Positions 21,734 through 31,206 of a DNA stretch of 64,000 bases are shown here, one piece after another (positions within the stretch are counted from its first letter, which is position 1; each line of letters opens with the position of its first letter). The notes under the pieces are model-generated. The model was given only the letters and a program-made list of their open reading frames with translations, did not search any database and was not told the origin of the DNA. This stretch comes from Alphaproteobacteria bacterium (GTDB lineage Bacteria > Pseudomonadota > Alphaproteobacteria > UBA828), in assembly GCA_965220745.1 (NCBI GenBank), contig CBDCQT010000005.1, forward strand, positions 320,001-384,000, given 5' to 3'. The translations under genes and the position numbers were made by a program.

Positions 21734-21969
21734 GTGTCGCCAATGTCGATTTCGCAGGCGAACCGATAGAGCACACCTGCCTTGACGGGTATGGCGCCCG
21801 GCTTCACATCCGGAAAGACTTCGGAAAATCGCGTCTTGAATGCTTCACGAGTGGGTGAAAGAATAGATAAGTCACCCATTTTGTCCCAACCAACACCTAC
21901 GAACTTCCCTTCGAGAGGCGCTGCCGCATCGATCTGGGCCATATGCAAGCCCCACATGGCGTCACTCAT
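21732..21969 (-). pseudogene. mrr: Mrr-family restriction endonuclease, N-terminal part
   Basis: MSDAMWGLH..GVGW..YRFACEIDIGDT joins in frame to IVYPSK.. once the IS is removed. Confidence 0.85.
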
Positions 21970-22058
21970 CTCGCCTTTCCCTCGTCATACTCGCGCCAGA
22001 CTTCAAAGCGGGGACGAGTGCCCGATGTCAGCACGTTGTTGATGCCAAGCCTCATGCC

Positions 22059-22667
22059 CTAGCCCCTGCCGCCGTCCAGGTCTTCGGCCAGGGCGGCGCG
22101 GGTCTCCTCCGGCATGACGGCGAGGTGCCCGTACGCCGGGTGCTCGACGCCGAGCAGGACGCGGGCGCTTGGCGTGCGGAACGCCGCGGCCTCCGCCGGC
22201 TGGAAGGGGAAGCGGAGGAAATGGATCGAGGAGGTCTTGCCGTCCTCGCTGGTCCGCGCCACCTCGTCCTCGATCGGCCGGGCGGCGACGGCGGCCCCGT
22301 CGACCTCCAGCCTGATGGTGTCCTCGATCCCGGCCAGCCGATAGAGCTCGCGCTCCCGGCGTGCCGGGTCGTCGATCTCCAACATGAGCGTTGCGATCAG
22401 GGCGTCGCCCGGTGGAATGAGGGGGTTGTAGGCCTCCAGCTCGCCCGTTATCTGCTCCTCCCCGCCGCGCTCGATGTGGAGCATCTCGTGGACCTGCATC
22501 CACATGGTCTCGAAGCACTCGAAATGGAAGGTGGCGAAGGGGCCGACGGCGAGCCTGCGGTTGCGCTTCAGCGCCGTGACCGTGGCGCGGCATTCCTTCC
22601 GGACCTTCGCGTAGTCCGCCATGTCCATGATGTCGGCGCGTGTGAGCGCGCGGCGCGGCTGGCTCAT
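22059..22667 (-). CDS. DUF3501 family protein
   Basis: KRNRRLAVGP..FE..QVHEMLHIE..ELEAYNPLIP..ATLMLE..SSIHFLRF..HPAY. Confidence 0.88.
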   Translation of the reverse strand: MSQPRRALTRADIMDMADYAKVRKECRATVTALKRNRRLAVGPFATFHFECFETMWMQVHEMLHIERGGEEQITGELEAYNPLIPPGDALIATLMLEIDDPARRERELYRLAGIEDTIRLEVDGAAVAARPIEDEVARTSEDGKTSSIHFLRFPFQPAEAAAFRTPSARVLLGVEHPAYGHLAVMPEETRAALAEDLDGGRG

Positions 22668-22671
22668 GGTC

Positions 22672-24030
22672 TCAGGCCAGGCCGTAGGCGCGGGCCAGAA
22701 GCTCGATCGGGTGATGGGCGCGGCCCGCGGCAGGCGCGCCGGCGGCGGGATCGCCGTCCTTGGCCGCTTGGCGGGCCATCCCGTTCACGATGTGGGCGCC
22801 GGCGAGCGGGCATTCCGAAGCGAGATAGGGGTTTGCGGCCTCGCGTGCGCGGCGCGCGGTGGTGCGGCCGACCTTCAGCGCGGTCTCGTGGAAGCCCTTG
22901 GTGACGCCGATGGAGCCGCCGTGGCCGGAGCAGCGCTCGATGATGGAGACCTCGGTGTCCGGCACCAGCGCCAGCATGTCGGCGGACTTGCGCCCGACGT
23001 TCTGGGCCCGCTCGTGGCAAGGCAGGTGGAGCGTGATGCCGCCGTCGATGGGGGCAAGGCCTGGAGCCAGCCCGTCCGACCGGGAGATGCCGACGACGTA
23101 TTCGCATATGTCATAGCTGTGCTCGGCGAGCCGTTTGATCGCTGGGTCTTCCGGCAGGATCAGCGGCCATTCGAGCTTGAGCATGAGCGCGCAGCTCGCG
23201 ACCAGCCCGATCACGTCGTAGCCCTTGTCGATCCACTCGCCGAGCGCCCCCGCTACATGCCGCGCATTGTCAGCGACGCGCTCGATATCGCCTTCTTCCA
23301 GCTGCGGCATGCCGCAGCAGCGGGGATAGACCACCACTGTCTCGACCCCGTTGTGCGCCAGCACCTTGCGGGCCGCTGCGCCGACCTCGGGCTGGTTGTA
23401 GTTGGCGAAGCAGGTCGCGTAGATCACCGCCTTGCGCCCGTTCGCTGGCGCCTGCCGGTTGACCGCCGGCCCTCCCTTGGCCGCACGGTCGAGCATGGTG
23501 CGGCGGTGGTAGCGAGGCAGCGGCGCCTCCCTGTGGACCCCGGCGACCGCCTCCATCAACGGTCGGGTGAGGCGGTTGTCGCGGGCCGAGCCCCAGTTCA
23601 TGACCGGCGCGAAGGTGCGGGCGAGGCGGCCGTTTCGGTCGGTCTCCGCAAGCCGTTTGGACGCGGTGGTATGGCGCCGGCCTGCCCGGCGGTCGGCGGC
23701 GCGGTGGCGCAGCATGAGATGGGGAAAGTCGACGTCCCACTCGTGCGGCGGCGTGTAGGGGCACATGGTCATGAAGCACATGTCGCAGAGCGTGCAGGCG
23801 TCCACGACCGACTTGAAGCCTGACGAATCAACGGAATCGAGCTCGCCCGTCTCGGATTCGTCGATCAGGTCGAAGAGCCGCGGGAAGGAATCGCAAAGGC
23901 TGAAGCAGCGCCGGCAACCGTGGCAGATGTCGAAGACGCGGCGCGTCTCCCGCTCCAGGGCCGCGCTGTCGTAGAATTCGGAGTTTCGCCAGTCTATCGG
24001 ATGGCGGAAGGGCGCGCCCTCGTCGGCCAT
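22672..24030 (-). CDS. Fe-S oxidoreductase (GlpC/heterodisulfide-reductase-like, CCG domains)
   Basis: CHGCRRCFSLCDSFP, CTLCDMCFMTMCPY, CCGMP, CSGHGG, SECPLAG. Confidence 0.9.
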   Translation of the reverse strand: MADEGAPFRHPIDWRNSEFYDSAALERETRRVFDICHGCRRCFSLCDSFPRLFDLIDESETGELDSVDSSGFKSVVDACTLCDMCFMTMCPYTPPHEWDVDFPHLMLRHRAADRRAGRRHTTASKRLAETDRNGRLARTFAPVMNWGSARDNRLTRPLMEAVAGVHREAPLPRYHRRTMLDRAAKGGPAVNRQAPANGRKAVIYATCFANYNQPEVGAAARKVLAHNGVETVVVYPRCCGMPQLEEGDIERVADNARHVAGALGEWIDKGYDVIGLVASCALMLKLEWPLILPEDPAIKRLAEHSYDICEYVVGISRSDGLAPGLAPIDGGITLHLPCHERAQNVGRKSADMLALVPDTEVSIIERCSGHGGSIGVTKGFHETALKVGRTTARRAREAANPYLASECPLAGAHIVNGMARQAAKDGDPAAGAPAAGRAHHPIELLARAYGLA

Positions 24031-24043
24031 CGCGACGGCAGTG

Positions 24044-24310
24044 TTACCGGCACGAACCGCAGAGCCGGTTGCCCGGCCCCGCGCTATCGAAGAGGCGGCC
24101 GCAGCGCAGGCAGCGGCGTTGGCTCTCTTGCGCCTCCAGGCGATCGAGCTCCGCGAGTTCGTCGGAGAGCGAGATCATCCCCGGTCCGCGATCCACATTT
24201 CTGGCGGCTTCACGCCGCGCATCCCATTTGGTCCGTCGTTGAGGCGCGAGCGACATCGTTTGGCGCGAGTTCCCTGGCAAGGTTGTCGGTGGGTAGTCCG
24301 GTAGGACCAT
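24044..24310 (-). CDS. Small protein with a C-terminal C4 zinc-finger-like motif
   Basis: RRCLRCGRLFDSAGPGNRLCGSCR; stop lies 13 nt upstream of the oxidoreductase start; start uncertain. Confidence 0.65.
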   Translation of the reverse strand: MVLPDYPPTTLPGNSRQTMSLAPQRRTKWDARREAARNVDRGPGMISLSDELAELDRLEAQESQRRCLRCGRLFDSAGPGNRLCGSCR

Positions 24311-24390
24311 TGTAGCGGAACTCGGCGCTCGATCTAAGCCAAATCTTCATATCGAACGCCCAAAATGGGCACCCCGGCCGGCCGCGGGGG

Positions 24391-25470
24391 CTATTCGGCC
24401 GCCTCGGTGCTGCCGGCAGGCGTGCGGAACGCCGGAATCACCGCCTCGGCGAATAGCCGCAGGCTTTTCAATAGATTATCCGCGCCATAGTAGGGCGGAT
24501 AATGGAGCAGCAGGGAATCGAGGCCGGTGGCGGCGCGCAGCGCCCGAATGCGGGCGATCACGGTCTCGGGCGAGCCGTGGACCAAGGTGGTCTCCAGCAG
24601 CGTGTCGTAGTCGAACGCCGCAGCGCTCTCCTTCTCCGAGACGTTGCCGAGATAGCCCGCGGTCTTCTTGCCGAGGAACGCTTCGAGATGGCGGACGATG
24701 CCGGCCTCGCTCTCCTCCCGCGCCTTGGCGTCGGTCTCGGCCACGTAGACCCAGCGGGCGATATTGATGGAGCCGAAGGCAGGGTTGGCGTTCCAGGGCG
24801 CCGGGGCATGAGCCATGGTCTCGCGATAGAGGGCGATCTGCCCGGCGAGGGTTTCGAACGACGGCAAGGTGGAAAGCATCAGGCCGAAGCCGTGGCGCGC
24901 GGCGACCTCGATGGAGCGGGTGGTTCCGGCAGCCATGTAGAACGGCGGATGCGGCTGCTGCACGCTCACCGGGTAGATCTCGTAGTCGCCTTCGACCTGG
25001 TGCTGGAAATGGGTGCCCTCGTGGCTGACCTTCCGCGTATGAAAGGCATCGAGGATCAAGGGGATGGCCTCTTCCTGGATGTCGTGACGGGCGTCAAACG
25101 GGATCCCGAAGCCCTCATATTCGTAGGGCCGGTAACCGGAGCCGAGACCGAGGCTCAGCCGCCCGTCGCTCAGAATGTCCACGAAGGCTGCGTTCTCGAC
25201 GATCCGCATCGGGTTGTGCAGCGGCAACGTCATCACCGCCGTGCCGAGCCCGATCTTGGTCGTCTTGGGCGCGAGATAGCCCAGGTAGACGAAGGGATCC
25301 GGCAGCACGCCGTACTGATTGGAAAAGTGGTGCTCGGCGATCCAGGCGGTATCGTAGCCCAGCCGGTCCGCCTCGATGATCTCGCGCGTCACCCGCGCGT
25401 GCACGGCGCGGTGCGGGTAGGGCTCCACGTCCAGATTGGGCTGCGAGGTAACGAGAACGCCGAACTTCAT
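24391..25470 (-). CDS. LLM-class flavin-dependent oxidoreductase
   Basis: MKFG, WIAEHHF, DILSDGRLSLGLGSGY, GSPETV. Confidence 0.9.
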   Translation of the reverse strand: MKFGVLVTSQPNLDVEPYPHRAVHARVTREIIEADRLGYDTAWIAEHHFSNQYGVLPDPFVYLGYLAPKTTKIGLGTAVMTLPLHNPMRIVENAAFVDILSDGRLSLGLGSGYRPYEYEGFGIPFDARHDIQEEAIPLILDAFHTRKVSHEGTHFQHQVEGDYEIYPVSVQQPHPPFYMAAGTTRSIEVAARHGFGLMLSTLPSFETLAGQIALYRETMAHAPAPWNANPAFGSINIARWVYVAETDAKAREESEAGIVRHLEAFLGKKTAGYLGNVSEKESAAAFDYDTLLETTLVHGSPETVIARIRALRAATGLDSLLLHYPPYYGADNLLKSLRLFAEAVIPAFRTPAGSTEAAE

Positions 25471-25507
25471 TGTATTCTCCACGGGCCGCCCGCGAGGGCA
25501 GCGGCTC

Positions 25508-25726
25508 CTATTCGCTATAGATTGTCCACTCGCCGTCTTCTCCGGTCAGGAGACCTTCGCCCGGCGGAATCTCGTCTGGATCGTCCTTCCACTTGCTGGG
25601 ATGGAGCGGCTCGCCGCAAGCTGCAAGCCCGACGACCGCCGCTATCACCAGGACTGGGCCGATGAGCATGGCGGCGCGGCGCAAGCGCGCCCTCGCCCAG
25701 CGTAGGGGGCTCAATATCGCTTGCAT
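25508..25726 (-). CDS. Small putative lipoprotein
   Basis: Hydrophobic stretch and lipobox GLAAC; fills the gap between mlaC and the LLM gene; start may be the downstream Met (MLIGP). Confidence 0.6.
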   Translation of the reverse strand: MQAILSPLRWARARLRRAAMLIGPVLVIAAVVGLAACGEPLHPSKWKDDPDEIPPGEGLLTGEDGEWTIYSE

Positions 25727-25732
25727 TTCCGG

Positions 25733-26374
25733 CTACTCTGCAGCGCCTTCGACCGGTGCCTCGACGCGCGCCCGGAGGTCGCCCAGCAGGCCGTCGATTC
25801 CCTTGCGGTTGACGACCGAGGCGAACTCGACCCGGTGGGTATGCAGCATGCTGATACCTTCGACGCTCACGTCGATGACCTTGTAGCCCTCATCCCGCTT
25901 GCGCACGCGGAAATCGACCCCGATGGGATCGCCGCCGGAGGGCCGCACGATCTGCGCCCGCACGATCTTGTCGCCGCTCTCGTCATTGATCACCGAGCGT
26001 GCCGTAAACAGCTCGCCACCGTAAGAATCGAAGCGGCTGGCGTATACGCGGACGATGAAGTCGACGAATATCCTCCGGTATTCCTTGCGCTGCTCCTTGC
26101 TCGCCGTCTTCCAGTAACGCCCCAACACGAAGCGGCTGACGATCGGAATGTCGAAGCCCTCCACCATGACCTCGCGGAAGGCGGCCTCCCGCTCCTCGAA
26201 CGTCGTGTTGGCCTTGTCCTTGAGGACCGAGATGGCCTGGTCCCCAAGGCCCTGAATGAACGTGAGCGCCGGGTCGTCGGATGCGGCGGCGCGCTGCGTG
26301 CCGAGCGCGGATAGCAATACGGCCGCAGCGAGTGCGGCGGCCGCGAGAGAGCGTCGAGAGATGAGAATGCTCAT
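25733..26374 (-). CDS. mlaC: MlaC/Ttg2D phospholipid-binding protein
   Basis: Signal peptide; FD..SRFVLGRYW; KVIDVSVEGISM..R.EF. Confidence 0.88.
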   Translation of the reverse strand: MSILISRRSLAAAALAAAVLLSALGTQRAAASDDPALTFIQGLGDQAISVLKDKANTTFEEREAAFREVMVEGFDIPIVSRFVLGRYWKTASKEQRKEYRRIFVDFIVRVYASRFDSYGGELFTARSVINDESGDKIVRAQIVRPSGGDPIGVDFRVRKRDEGYKVIDVSVEGISMLHTHRVEFASVVNRKGIDGLLGDLRARVEAPVEGAAE

Positions 26375-26428
26375 GGGATGTCTGCCCTGTCTCATCCAGG
26401 CGTGCCGCGCGGCGTGCTCTTCCCCGGA

Positions 26429-27244
26429 TCACTCCTCATCGAAGTCCTCGTCGAACTCTTCATCGAAGTCGAAGTCGGGGATCTCCATCGCGGGCGGCGG
26501 CGCACCGTCCCTGATCTCCGTGGCCCGATACTGACGGTATAGCTCACGCAATGCAGCATAAAAGTCGACCGAGGTGCTTTCCAGCGTTTCCAGTTCTTCG
26601 AGGTACTGGGCGCGCTGAGAGACCCCGCTGGTGACGCCGCGGGCGAGGCCGGCCTCGGCCGGCAGGAGATAACCAAAGGGATCCGCGAACCAATCGACCC
26701 CGAAGGCCGCGGCGTCGCGGGGATTGGTCGGCCCCAGCAGCGGCAGCATGAGGAACGGCTCGCCACCCACGCCCCATGTCGCAAGAGTCTGCCCGAAGTC
26801 CTCAGGCGTGCGCTCGTATCCCCACTCCGCGGCCACATCGAAGATGCCGCCGACGCCGATCGTGGTGTTGACCGTGAAGCGCATGAGCGTCGAGCCCGCC
26901 CGTTCGAACTTGCCCTGAGCCGCGTTGTTCACAAGGTTGAGCGGTTCCGCCAGATTGCCCAGAACATTGGCAATTCTGTGGCGTACTTCATTTGGAAGGA
27001 TGAACACGTAGGCCTCGGCGATCGGCTTCAACAGGAAGCGGTCGATCGTCTGGTTGACCTCGAACATCGCCCGGTTGAAGTCTTCGAGCGGATCGTTCGC
27101 GTCGAAGGGGTCCTGAGCGCGGCCGTCTGCGGCGACACAGAGCAGCGCACCGGCGAGCAGCAGGATCGCCAGAAGGCGCTGCGGGGCGGCGAATGGGCCG
27201 ATGGCTCGGCGCGGAGCGGGCTGTCGCGGAAGGCTCTCGCTCAT
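26429..27244 (-). CDS. mlaA: MlaA/VacJ family protein
   Basis: DPLEDFNRAMF, RFTVNTTIGVGGIFDVA, EDFGQTL, LPLLGPTNPRD, DFYAALRELY. Confidence 0.92.
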   Translation of the reverse strand: MSESLPRQPAPRRAIGPFAAPQRLLAILLLAGALLCVAADGRAQDPFDANDPLEDFNRAMFEVNQTIDRFLLKPIAEAYVFILPNEVRHRIANVLGNLAEPLNLVNNAAQGKFERAGSTLMRFTVNTTIGVGGIFDVAAEWGYERTPEDFGQTLATWGVGGEPFLMLPLLGPTNPRDAAAFGVDWFADPFGYLLPAEAGLARGVTSGVSQRAQYLEELETLESTSVDFYAALRELYRQYRATEIRDGAPPPAMEIPDFDFDEEFDEDFDEE

Positions 27245-27252
27245 GCCGGCGG

Positions 27253-29280
27253 TCAGTCGTCCTCCTTCGCTGCGGCGAGCACGTCGTCGGCCAGCCGCCC
27301 GGTGAGCTCCTGCAGGCGGTCGAACTGGGCTTCGAAGGTGCCGACGCCCAGGGTGAGCGAGCGCAGCTCGATGATCAGGTCGTGCATCTCCGCCTGCGGC
27401 ATCTGGCTCGTCACCTCGTCCCAGCCGGACCAGTCCTCGCGCGTCTGGAAACCCAATACCTGGCCGCGGCGGCCGGTCACCAGACGCTGGACGTTCGGCG
27501 TGAACTCGCTCGGTATCGAGATCCTGACCTCGCAGATGGGCTCCAGCAGCACCGGGTTGCACTTGGGCAGCGCTTCGGCCATCGCCATGCGGCCGGCGGT
27601 CTTGAAGGCCATCTCCGAGCTGTCGACGGAATGGTGCTTGCCGTCGGTGAGCGTCACCGAGACATCCACCACCGGGAAGCCGAGCGGCCCGCTGGTGAGA
27701 AAGTCGCGCACGCCGGCCTCCACCGCAGGGATGTACTGGCGCGGCACGGCGCCGCCGACCACCTTTTCCTGAAACTCGAAGCCGGTACCGCGTGGCAGCG
27801 GCTTCACGTCGATATGCACGTCGCCGAACTGGCCGTGGCCGCCGGTCTGCTTCTTGAAGCGCGCGTGCTGGGAGACCGGCTTTCGGATCGCCTCCTTGTA
27901 GGCGACCTTCGGCCTCTCGGTCTGCAAACTGAGCCCGTACTTGCCGGCGAGGCGATCGAGCGCGACCTTCAGGTGCATCTCGCCCTGGCCCCAGAGCACT
28001 GCCTCCTGGGTGTCGGGGTTGGGCTGGAAGCTGAGCGACGGGTCTTCCTGGGCTAGGCGGCTCATCGCGCCCGAGACCTTGACCTCGTCCTCCCGCCGGC
28101 TGGCCCGCACGGCATAGGCATAGACCGATGACGGCAGGTTCGCCCGCGGCATTGGCTCGACCTCGGGCCCGTCGGCGGGAGCGACGGTATCCCCCGTGCT
28201 GATGGACTCGAGCCGCCCGAGGCCGACGATCTCGCCGGCTTGCGCCTTGTCGATCTTGTTCTGCTGCTGGCCCTGCATCCGGTACATCCCGCCGATGCGC
28301 TGGCCGTCGTTGAGCGTCATGCCGTCTTCGATAGTGCCAGCCCAGACCCGCGCGAGCGATACCTTGCCGCCGTGCTGGGTCATGTAGGTCTTGACGACCT
28401 GTGCGATCGAGGCGCCGTCACCATCGGCCGGCAGCCGCCGCGACGCGAGCGCGTCGCCGGGCGCGAAGTCGATCAGCGATTCCAGCAGGCGGCGCACGCC
28501 CCAATCCCGCTCCGCAGACCCCATCATCACAGGCACCACAGCCGCATCCGCCAGCACGCCGCGCAGGTAGGCTTGAATCTCCTCCGGCTCTGGAATTTCG
28601 TCCTCGAGCAGGCGTTCCAGGAGCGTGTCGTCGAAGTCCGCCAAGCTCTCGAGTAGCTGCGTGCGCGCGTCCTCCCGGCGTTCCGAAACCTCGTCCGGCG
28701 TGTCGACGCCAACGGCACCGTCCTGGTCGCGATATTCGTAGGCCTTGCCGGTAATCAGGTCGACATAGCCCTTGACGCTGTCGCCGTCGCGGATTGCAAC
28801 CTGGCAGGGCACCAGCGGTCGGTCGCTAACCGGCTGCACCGCCTCGATCAACTCCGCGACCCGCACCGCCGTCTCGTCCATCCTGTTGGTGAACACGACG
28901 TGCGGAATCTCGTGCTGAGCCAGGTACTTGAAGAGCCGCCCCATGGTCCAGACCCGGTTCGTGTCGGGCGTGCACACGATGACCGCGAGATCGACGCCCA
29001 TGAGCGCATTGGCGGTCTCGGCGAAGAACTCGATCGAGCCCGGACAGTCCAGGATCGTGAAGTGGCGGTCCCGGTACTCGAACGAGGCGGCGTTGACCTC
29101 TACGCTCGACTGGCGCCCGCGCGCCTCGTCGGACCAGTCGCCGACCGTGTTGCCGTCCGTGACCTTGCCCTTGCGGCCGATTGCACCGGCGACGAACAAC
29201 ATACTTTCCAGAAGGGTGGTCTTGCCGCTCGTGTAGGGGCCGACAAGCGCAATGTTCAGCGCCCCGGTCGAATCACTCAT
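27253..29280 (-). CDS. Elongation factor G paralog (EF-G-like)
   Basis: GPYTSGKT, DCPG, GQGEMHL, KKQTGGHGQFGDV, HSVDSSEMAF, LLEPI; not in a str operon. Confidence 0.9.
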   Translation of the reverse strand: MSDSTGALNIALVGPYTSGKTTLLESMLFVAGAIGRKGKVTDGNTVGDWSDEARGRQSSVEVNAASFEYRDRHFTILDCPGSIEFFAETANALMGVDLAVIVCTPDTNRVWTMGRLFKYLAQHEIPHVVFTNRMDETAVRVAELIEAVQPVSDRPLVPCQVAIRDGDSVKGYVDLITGKAYEYRDQDGAVGVDTPDEVSERREDARTQLLESLADFDDTLLERLLEDEIPEPEEIQAYLRGVLADAAVVPVMMGSAERDWGVRRLLESLIDFAPGDALASRRLPADGDGASIAQVVKTYMTQHGGKVSLARVWAGTIEDGMTLNDGQRIGGMYRMQGQQQNKIDKAQAGEIVGLGRLESISTGDTVAPADGPEVEPMPRANLPSSVYAYAVRASRREDEVKVSGAMSRLAQEDPSLSFQPNPDTQEAVLWGQGEMHLKVALDRLAGKYGLSLQTERPKVAYKEAIRKPVSQHARFKKQTGGHGQFGDVHIDVKPLPRGTGFEFQEKVVGGAVPRQYIPAVEAGVRDFLTSGPLGFPVVDVSVTLTDGKHHSVDSSEMAFKTAGRMAMAEALPKCNPVLLEPICEVRISIPSEFTPNVQRLVTGRRGQVLGFQTREDWSGWDEVTSQMPQAEMHDLIIELRSLTLGVGTFEAQFDRLQELTGRLADDVLAAAKEDD

Positions 29281-29481
29281 GCTATCTCCCTTTACCCAGA
29301 ACCGCGCCGGCGGGCTTCGTTCCGCGGTCGCGGGGCGGGCATGTTTCCAGTGCCCCGGCCGGAATGCAACCGCGATTAGCGCTCGATCCACAACGAGAGA
29401 GCGGGGCGGCCGGCCCAGTCTGGCGTGGCCAGGGTGGGGCGGCTATGGTGCCTGCGGTTTGGCTGCGAGGATGGGCTTCGA

Positions 29482-30225
29482 TTGAGCATCTGGGGCAAGA
29501 TCATCGGAGGCGCCGCAGGGTTTGCGCTGGGCGGTCCGATCGGCGCGATTCTGGGCGTGGCCGCCGGCCATTTCGTGGACCGCATGGCCACGGGTCGCCG
29601 CGTCCGGCGCATCGGCGCGGGTGATCAGGAAAGCAAGCAGGCTGCAGTCTCGATCGCGCTGGTGGTTCTCGCCGCCAAGATGGCGAAGGCCGACGGCCGT
29701 GTGACCCGCGAGGAGATCGACGCGTTCAAGCGGGTCTTCGCCGTCCCCGATGCCCACGCCGCCGCGATCGGGCGGATATGGGACGAGGCGCGGCGCGAGG
29801 CGACCGGCTTCGAGCCCTACGCAGAGCAAATCGTGCAGATCTTCCCGCACGACACCACCATGCGGGAGGAAATGCTCGGCGCACTCTTTCAGATCGCCAT
29901 GGCCGACGGCGAGCTGCACGAAGGGGAGCGCGCCTACCTTACCCGCGTCGCCCAAATCTTCGGCTTCGACGAGCGCAGCTTCGCGCAGATCATGTCGCGC
30001 CACATGGGTGGCGGCGAGGCCGACCCCTATCAGGTGCTCGGCGTCGAGCCCAGCGCCTCGGACGACGAGATCAAGCAGACCTACCGCCGGCTGATCCGCG
30101 AGCATCACCCCGACAAGCTCATCGCCGAGGGCATGCCGGAGGAGATGGTCCAGGTCGCCAACGAGCAGATGGCCGCGATCAACGCGGCCTATGACAGGAT
30201 CGCCAAGCTTCGCGGGCTGCGCTGA
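29482..30225 (+). CDS. djlA: DjlA-like co-chaperone (TerB + J domain)
   Basis: SIWGKIIG, AKMAKADG, DPYQVLG..HHPDKL; TTG start. Confidence 0.88.
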   Translation: MSIWGKIIGGAAGFALGGPIGAILGVAAGHFVDRMATGRRVRRIGAGDQESKQAAVSIALVVLAAKMAKADGRVTREEIDAFKRVFAVPDAHAAAIGRIWDEARREATGFEPYAEQIVQIFPHDTTMREEMLGALFQIAMADGELHEGERAYLTRVAQIFGFDERSFAQIMSRHMGGGEADPYQVLGVEPSASDDEIKQTYRRLIREHHPDKLIAEGMPEEMVQVANEQMAAINAAYDRIAKLRGLR

Positions 30226-30293
30226 TCGCGCTTACCACGCGCTGAGCGCGCCCGCGCCGCCGTTACGCCCGCTTCCGCTGCGCCCGCCGCCCA

Positions 30294-31166
30294 ATGCCGC
30301 CGAGTCATATTGCGATCGCGCTCGGCACGGCCCTGCTCTGGGGCTTCGGCTTCGTGACCAGCAAGTACGGCGCGGACCACATGCCGCCGCTGTTCTTCCT
30401 GGCGCTGCGCTTCGCGCTGATGGCGCTGATGCTGCTCTGGTTCGTGCGCCCGCCTGCCGGCCGCTGGCTCGCCGTGAGCCTCTTCGCGCTGACCATGGGC
30501 GCCGGCCACTTCGGCCTGTTTTACGTCGCGCTCAACATCGGGGTGGAGGCCTCGACCGCAGCGATCATCTGGATCACGCAGGTTCCCCTCAGCGCTCTGC
30601 TGGCGGGAATCGTCCTGCGCGAGCGTCCGGGCTGGATGGCGCTCCTGGGCATCGCCATCGCCTTCGGTGGCGCCGTGCTGCTGGTCGGCGAGCCGCGCCA
30701 TACCGGCAACGCGGCGGGCATCGCGCTCATGTTCGGCTCCAGCATTGCATGGGCGGTGGCCAACGTGCAGGTCAAGCGCCTCACCGACATCTCTCCCCTG
30801 GCGTTGAACGGCTGGATGTCGGCGATCTCTGCCCTGCTCCTGTTCCCGCTCTCCTTCGCCCTGGAGGAGGGGCAGATCGCGAGCCTGCTGCAGCCCGACT
30901 GGCGCCTGCACAGCTCGCTGGTCTATCAGGTCGTGGGCTCCACCCTGCTGGCCTACTGGGCCTGGTACTATCTGCTCGCGCACAACAAGGTGGCGACGGT
31001 GGCCGGCTTCATGCTGCTGGTGCCGGTGGTGGGCGTGATCTTCGGCGTCTTCATCCTGGGCGATCCGATCACCTGGCAGACTCTTGTGGGCGGCGCGATC
31101 ATCGTCTCCGGCGTGGCCCTCATCGTCCTCAAGCGCGCACCGGAGCCTGCGGTGACGAGCCGGTGA
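30294..31166 (+). CDS. EamA/DMT family transporter
   Basis: About 10 hydrophobic segments; LWG.., PPLFFLALRF, LLVPVVG. Confidence 0.88.
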   Translation: MPPSHIAIALGTALLWGFGFVTSKYGADHMPPLFFLALRFALMALMLLWFVRPPAGRWLAVSLFALTMGAGHFGLFYVALNIGVEASTAAIIWITQVPLSALLAGIVLRERPGWMALLGIAIAFGGAVLLVGEPRHTGNAAGIALMFGSSIAWAVANVQVKRLTDISPLALNGWMSAISALLLFPLSFALEEGQIASLLQPDWRLHSSLVYQVVGSTLLAYWAWYYLLAHNKVATVAGFMLLVPVVGVIFGVFILGDPITWQTLVGGAIIVSGVALIVLKRAPEPAVTSR

Positions 31167-31206
31167 CGCCGAATTCGGAATCGACTGCGGCGAGGGAGAT
31201 CGGGGC

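Noticed and set aside
19930-22050. Prophage or integrative island around mrr
   Set aside because: No integrase, tRNA, att repeats or phage genes seen; a single-gene insertion
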